DNA of 64,000 nucleotides from a virus. Taxonomy: Duplodnaviria > Caudoviricetes. Under the pieces are notes generated by a model. The model searched no databases. It worked only from the letters and a program-made list of their open reading frames with translations, and was not told where the DNA came from. The stretch is from positions 96,001 through 160,000 of the IMG/VR virus record IMGVR_UViG_3300028591_003737; one strand, 5' to 3'. The position numbers and the translations under genes were made by a program. Positions 60,585 to 64,000 of this stretch are shown in pieces; the stretch's first letter is position 1; each line of letters starts with the position of its first letter.

Positions 60585-60742
60585 ATCAATTCAACTTTAG
60601 TAATTTTAACTTCATCAGTAAGTCCATGTTTATATATACCTACTTCAACTGCATCATATTCATCATAGACATTATCCACATAGAATTCACCTTTTGATGA
60701 ATAACTATCACCATATAAATAAGAAACTTTATACGTTGCCAT
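60575..60742 (-). CDS. Small hypothetical protein (55 aa, not in track)
   Basis: MATYKVSYLYG...ELICE*, downstream of promoter motif TTGATT-N18-TATATT (60778-60807). Confidence 0.65.
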   Translation of the reverse strand: MATYKVSYLYGDSYSSKGEFYVDNVYDEYDAVEVGIYKHGLTDEVKITKVELICE

Positions 60743-60784
60743 ATATTATTGATATATTTTTTTAGTTTATATATAATAATATAG

Positions 60785-60815
60785 AAAAAGAGGTTGAATT
60801 AAATCAACCTCTTTT
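60785..60815 (-). terminator. Intrinsic terminator overlapping a promoter motif
   Basis: aaaagaggttga / tcaacctctttt. Confidence 0.75.
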
Positions 60816-61445
60816 AGTATACCATGATGGTTTTTTCTTTAATTTATTACAATCTTTAAACATTAAAGTTTTTTTACCAATTCTTTTATAATCCCAAGAT
60901 TCTAAATCTCTATTAAAATTCTTACAACCCCAGAACATATAATCACAATCACAACCATTTTCTCTGAATTTCCAATTAGATATATCTTCATTAAATAATT
61001 CACAATTCATGAACATACTTTTTGTACTTCTACAATTATCTAATTCCCAATATCTTAAACCATTTCCTTCAAAGTTTTTACAATTCAAGAACATACCATA
61101 CATGTCTTGAACATTATGTACATCCCATTTAGATAAATCACAATCAAAGTTTACACAATCTCTAAACATTTCATCCATATCTTTTACATTAGATACATCC
61201 CAATCAGATATATTAATATTATATATCTTATCTCCGAATGGTTTAAATAAATCACTCATATAATCTATTTTAGATACATCAATATCATTTAAATCTGCAT
61301 CTCTTCCTCTTTCATTAATAAGTCTTTCAAGAAGTTCACTTAATTCTTTTTTATTTTCTGGAAAGAATTGAGGTTCTACTTCTTTTTTAACTTCTGAATG
61401 ATTAAACTTAAGTTTTTCTATTATGTAGTTATCTATATGTTTCAT
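60804..61445 (-). CDS. DUF285/BspA-type repeat protein with CTS-like leader
   Basis: LNDIDVSKI, ISDWDVSNVKDMDEMF, LSKWDVHNVQDM.GMF, FNEDISNW; starts MKHIDNYIIEKL. Confidence 0.85.
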   Translation of the reverse strand: MKHIDNYIIEKLKFNHSEVKKEVEPQFFPENKKELSELLERLINERGRDADLNDIDVSKIDYMSDLFKPFGDKIYNINISDWDVSNVKDMDEMFRDCVNFDCDLSKWDVHNVQDMYGMFLNCKNFEGNGLRYWELDNCRSTKSMFMNCELFNEDISNWKFRENGCDCDYMFWGCKNFNRDLESWDYKRIGKKTLMFKDCNKLKKKPSWYTKRG

Positions 61446-61448
61446 GAA

Positions 61449-61748
61449 TTATTGTTTAATATATTTTACTATAAATTCAGCAATTTGATCTTTTATTTTA
61501 TCTTTCTTATCATCTTGTAAAAATTCATCATCAGATGGTTGATATGCAAGATATTCTTTTGGATATTTCTCTGCTAAACAATCTGATAATTTCTTTAATC
61601 TACCTTCAACATCACAAATTCCATCAAGTAATTCACTATAATTTTCTTTAGTAAAGTTTTTACTTGACTTAAACATATTTATTGTTATTTCACACCAAAG
61701 AGGATGTTTCTTTAATTCCTCAGTAATATATTCATTAATCTTTATCAT
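61449..61748 (-). CDS. Putative internal head protein (CTS-like leader)
   Basis: MIKINEYITEEL. Confidence 0.7.
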   Translation of the reverse strand: MIKINEYITEELKKHPLWCEITINMFKSSKNFTKENYSELLDGICDVEGRLKKLSDCLAEKYPKEYLAYQPSDDEFLQDDKKDKIKDQIAEFIVKYIKQ

Positions 61749-61750
61749 AA

Positions 61751-62209
61751 TTAAATTACTCCTGAAATTATAAAACTTTTTGTATCATCAGTTATTGAAA
61801 ATCCAATAATTCTATCTGATAAACAATATCTTTCAACATACTTAGATAAATTTCCATTATCTAAAATTACTTCTGTACTAGTTTGTGAAGCAACTATATC
61901 ATTTATTTTATCTCTATCTTGTTTTGAATATTTTCCATAACTTGGAATATACTTTTCAATAAAATCTTTACTTTCTTCAGATAATTTTCCTTTATTTGGA
62001 TAATCAGTAGTTCCTCTATAAAGATATTTAAAATCTTCAATTTTAGAAACATGCATATCTTTAAAAAGTTTTTTAATATTTTCACTTTCTTTTAACTCTT
62101 CCCAATCAAATAATTCAGATATAGTTTTTAAAAAATCATCCATATCTGATACTTTAGTATTCTTATCTAAATGAAGTTTTTCTATTATATATGTATTAAG
62201 TTTTATCAT
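61751..62209 (-). CDS. Putative internal head protein (CTS-like leader)
   Basis: MIKLNTYIIEKLHLDK. Confidence 0.7.
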   Translation of the reverse strand: MIKLNTYIIEKLHLDKNTKVSDMDDFLKTISELFDWEELKESENIKKLFKDMHVSKIEDFKYLYRGTTDYPNKGKLSEESKDFIEKYIPSYGKYSKQDRDKINDIVASQTSTEVILDNGNLSKYVERYCLSDRIIGFSITDDTKSFIISGVI

Positions 62210-62224
62210 TATTTAATATTTTCT

Positions 62225-62620
62225 TTATTTAATATTTTCTTTTAAAAAATTATAAAAACTATTAAAGAGATTATTCATATTATCTCTATCATCAAGATCA
62301 TTATATTCTATTTTATTTTTTGATGACCATCCATTTTCATCTGGCCAATCTATAGTATCATTATAAATTAAAGATAATTCTAAATGATGCATATCAGAAT
62401 ATCTAAATATATGAATAAATTTTTCGGTATCTGATAAATAAATATTTAAAGCACTTTTATGATCTTTTCCTTTTAAATATCTAGATATAACTTTTTTATT
62501 ATCAGATAATTCTAAATCACTTAATTTAGAAATAGATAATAAATTTATATTAGATTCTTTTGCTTCACTGTTTTTATTAAGTTGAAGTTTCTCAATTATA
62601 TATGTATTAAGTTCTTTCAT
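62225..62620 (-). CDS. Putative internal head protein (CTS-like leader)
   Basis: MKELNTYIIEKLQLNK. Confidence 0.7.
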   Translation of the reverse strand: MKELNTYIIEKLQLNKNSEAKESNINLLSISKLSDLELSDNKKVISRYLKGKDHKSALNIYLSDTEKFIHIFRYSDMHHLELSLIYNDTIDWPDENGWSSKNKIEYNDLDDRDNMNNLFNSFYNFLKENIK

Positions 62621-63318
62621 TATGCTCCTAATTCTTTTTTTAATTCATCAATAAATTGTTGACTCCATTTAAAATTTTTATCATTTACCCTATAATTATA
62701 ATATGTTCCTCCAATTATAAATATTATTTCACATTTAGCACTTTTATTCTTATAAGTTACTTTAAAAGGTAAAGCAATTTTTCCATTTCTTTCTTTCATT
62801 ATTTCAAGAGCTTCTTTTGAATAACTATCATAATCAGTATAATTAAATTCTATTCTATACTTTTGATTCTTAATTATTACATCTAATAAAGTTTCAATAA
62901 CATCATAATATTCTGCTGCTAATTTAGTAGGTAAATCATGTAATTCTTCTGGTTTAGCTAATTCATAAGCATTTATAAAATCTTGAGGTTTAGCATTATA
63001 TTGATCTATTCCTCTATCAACAAAATATGAACCAAAATTACCTGGAAGAGAAATTAGTGTATTTTTATAAATATATGGTACAGAATTAGTCATTATCATT
63101 ATTGTAACCCATTTTTTAATACAACTATTAGCACTTAAACATTTATTAGAAAGATTTTTACATCTTTCTCTATCATAACCAACACTATATCTTGATGTAG
63201 AATTAAAAATATCTTTTACCTTTTCTTCATCTTCTTTAGTGATAGTATATGTATTGATATCTTTAATATCTTTATTAAGTTTAAGTTTCTCTACTATATA
63301 ATTATCTAATTCTATCAT
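62620..63318 (-). CDS. Putative internal head protein (CTS-like leader)
   Basis: Likely start MIELDNYIVEKLKLNK at 63318. Confidence 0.7.
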   Translation of the reverse strand: MIELDNYIVEKLKLNKDIKDINTYTITKEDEEKVKDIFNSTSRYSVGYDRERCKNLSNKCLSANSCIKKWVTIMIMTNSVPYIYKNTLISLPGNFGSYFVDRGIDQYNAKPQDFINAYELAKPEELHDLPTKLAAEYYDVIETLLDVIIKNQKYRIEFNYTDYDSYSKEALEIMKERNGKIALPFKVTYKNKSAKCEIIFIIGGTYYNYRVNDKNFKWSQQFIDELKKELGA

Positions 63319-63319
63319 A

Positions 63320-63511
63320 TTATCCTTTATGTGCAAAATATGCTTTTAATGCATTTTCAGCATCTGTTTTTGTATGATATTTAGCTTTCCAATATCCTCG
63401 TTTAGGTGTATTAGTTCCTTTACCAGCATGTCCTTTTATTCTCCAATAATCACCAACTTTTACAATGACATCTTCAAGTTCTTCTGTTAAATATTGTTTT
63501 AATGTTTTCAT
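63320..63511 (-). CDS. Small basic putative internal head protein (CTS-like leader)
   Basis: MKTLKQYLTEE; late motif at 63513-63526. Confidence 0.7.
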   Translation of the reverse strand: MKTLKQYLTEELEDVIVKVGDYWRIKGHAGKGTNTPKRGYWKAKYHTKTDAENALKAYFAHKG

Positions 63512-63528
63512 ATATATAAAAATAAAAA

Positions 63529-63999
63529 TTAAGGTGTGACTAAACCATTTAAGTCAATAATCTTTCTAGCAGTATCATTAATTAAAAGATTAGAATTTGT
63601 TGGGTACATTTGAAGTATTTCACTAACATTATCTATATAAATATCAAATACTTTAATATTTGTTATATTACCATAAAATGAACTTAATATAACTTCTGAT
63701 TTAGTATCTATAACTAATTCAATATCAAATCTTGATACACTCTTTATAGAATTATCAATATCAAACCAATAATGATGGTTTTGTAATTTATAAATAGGTA
63801 AATCAGCATGTGTATATTCTGAAGCAGAAAATTCTGAAACATTCAAATCTTGACTATATCTGAAATATACAAAATATGTTTTATCTGGAGTTAATTCTAA
63901 TGACATATTTTTAAGATTAATTAAAGTAAGTTTACAGCTAGTTTTTGTTTGTTTTATCTTAATTTTAATATGTCCAACTTCAAATAATACTCCTTCATA
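63529..63999 (-). CDS. Hypothetical protein, 5'-truncated by window edge
   Basis: The frame of ORF 63529..63906 stays open to the window end (YEGVLFEVGHIKIK...). Confidence 0.7.
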   Translation of the reverse strand, partial: YEGVLFEVGHIKIKIKQTKTSCKLTLINLKNMSLELTPDKTYFVYFRYSQDLNVSEFSASEYTHADLPIYKLQNHHYWFDIDNSIKSVSRFDIELVIDTKSEVILSSFYGNITNIKVFDIYIDNVSEILQMYPTNSNLLINDTARKIIDLNGLVTP

Positions 64000-64000
64000 A

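Noticed and set aside
3070-62085. Short overlapping or antisense ORFs in the track (e.g. 3070-3384, 7534-7719, 11668-12054, 33507-34055, 36290-36592, 39068-39427, 48953-49216, 49546-49800)
   Set aside because: They lie inside longer, well-supported genes and have the L/I/M/K- or S/F-biased composition typical of shadow frames in AT-rich DNA.
1-64000. tRNA, rRNA, integrase or transposase genes
   Set aside because: Intergenic gaps are short and accounted for by promoters or terminators. No cloverleaf or recombinase motifs were recognised by eye; tRNAscan-SE would be the definitive check.

Overview
Very AT-rich, gene-dense 64-kb segment of a large T4-like myovirus (jumbo/megaphage). The standard genetic code fits, and the host is most plausibly in the Bacteroidota (inference). 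The + strand carries large tail/fibre-type genes: Ig-like repeats, LRR proteins, a 2954-aa LamG/CotH-kinase-like/LRR protein and DUF4376. The - strand carries small accessory genes, GrpE, the C-terminal half of a split family-B DNA polymerase, a Dam-type methylase, a sigma70-family factor, a UvsW-like helicase, PspC, tail tube, tail sheath, major capsid protein and a prohead protease fused to a repeat-containing scaffold. The most striking unexplained signal is a shared ~10-aa N-terminal leader (M-x-x-[ILF]-x-x-[YF]-I-x-E). It sits on 15 of 20 mostly unrelated ORFs at 51.4-63.5 kb, on one ORF next to the sigma gene, and as a variant on the sigma factor itself. It matches the T4 capsid-targeting sequence MKTYQEFIAE in register. 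This suggests a large late-expressed, protease-matured, capsid-packaged protein payload: nucleotidyltransferases, a HAD phosphatase, a nuclease-like protein and possibly the sigma factor. Two phage promoter-like motifs divide the genes into putative early (TTGAWW-N16/18-TATATT) and late (TTTATTTTTA) classes. No tRNA, CRISPR array or mobile element was recognised. All family assignments come from motif recognition by eye, not database searches.
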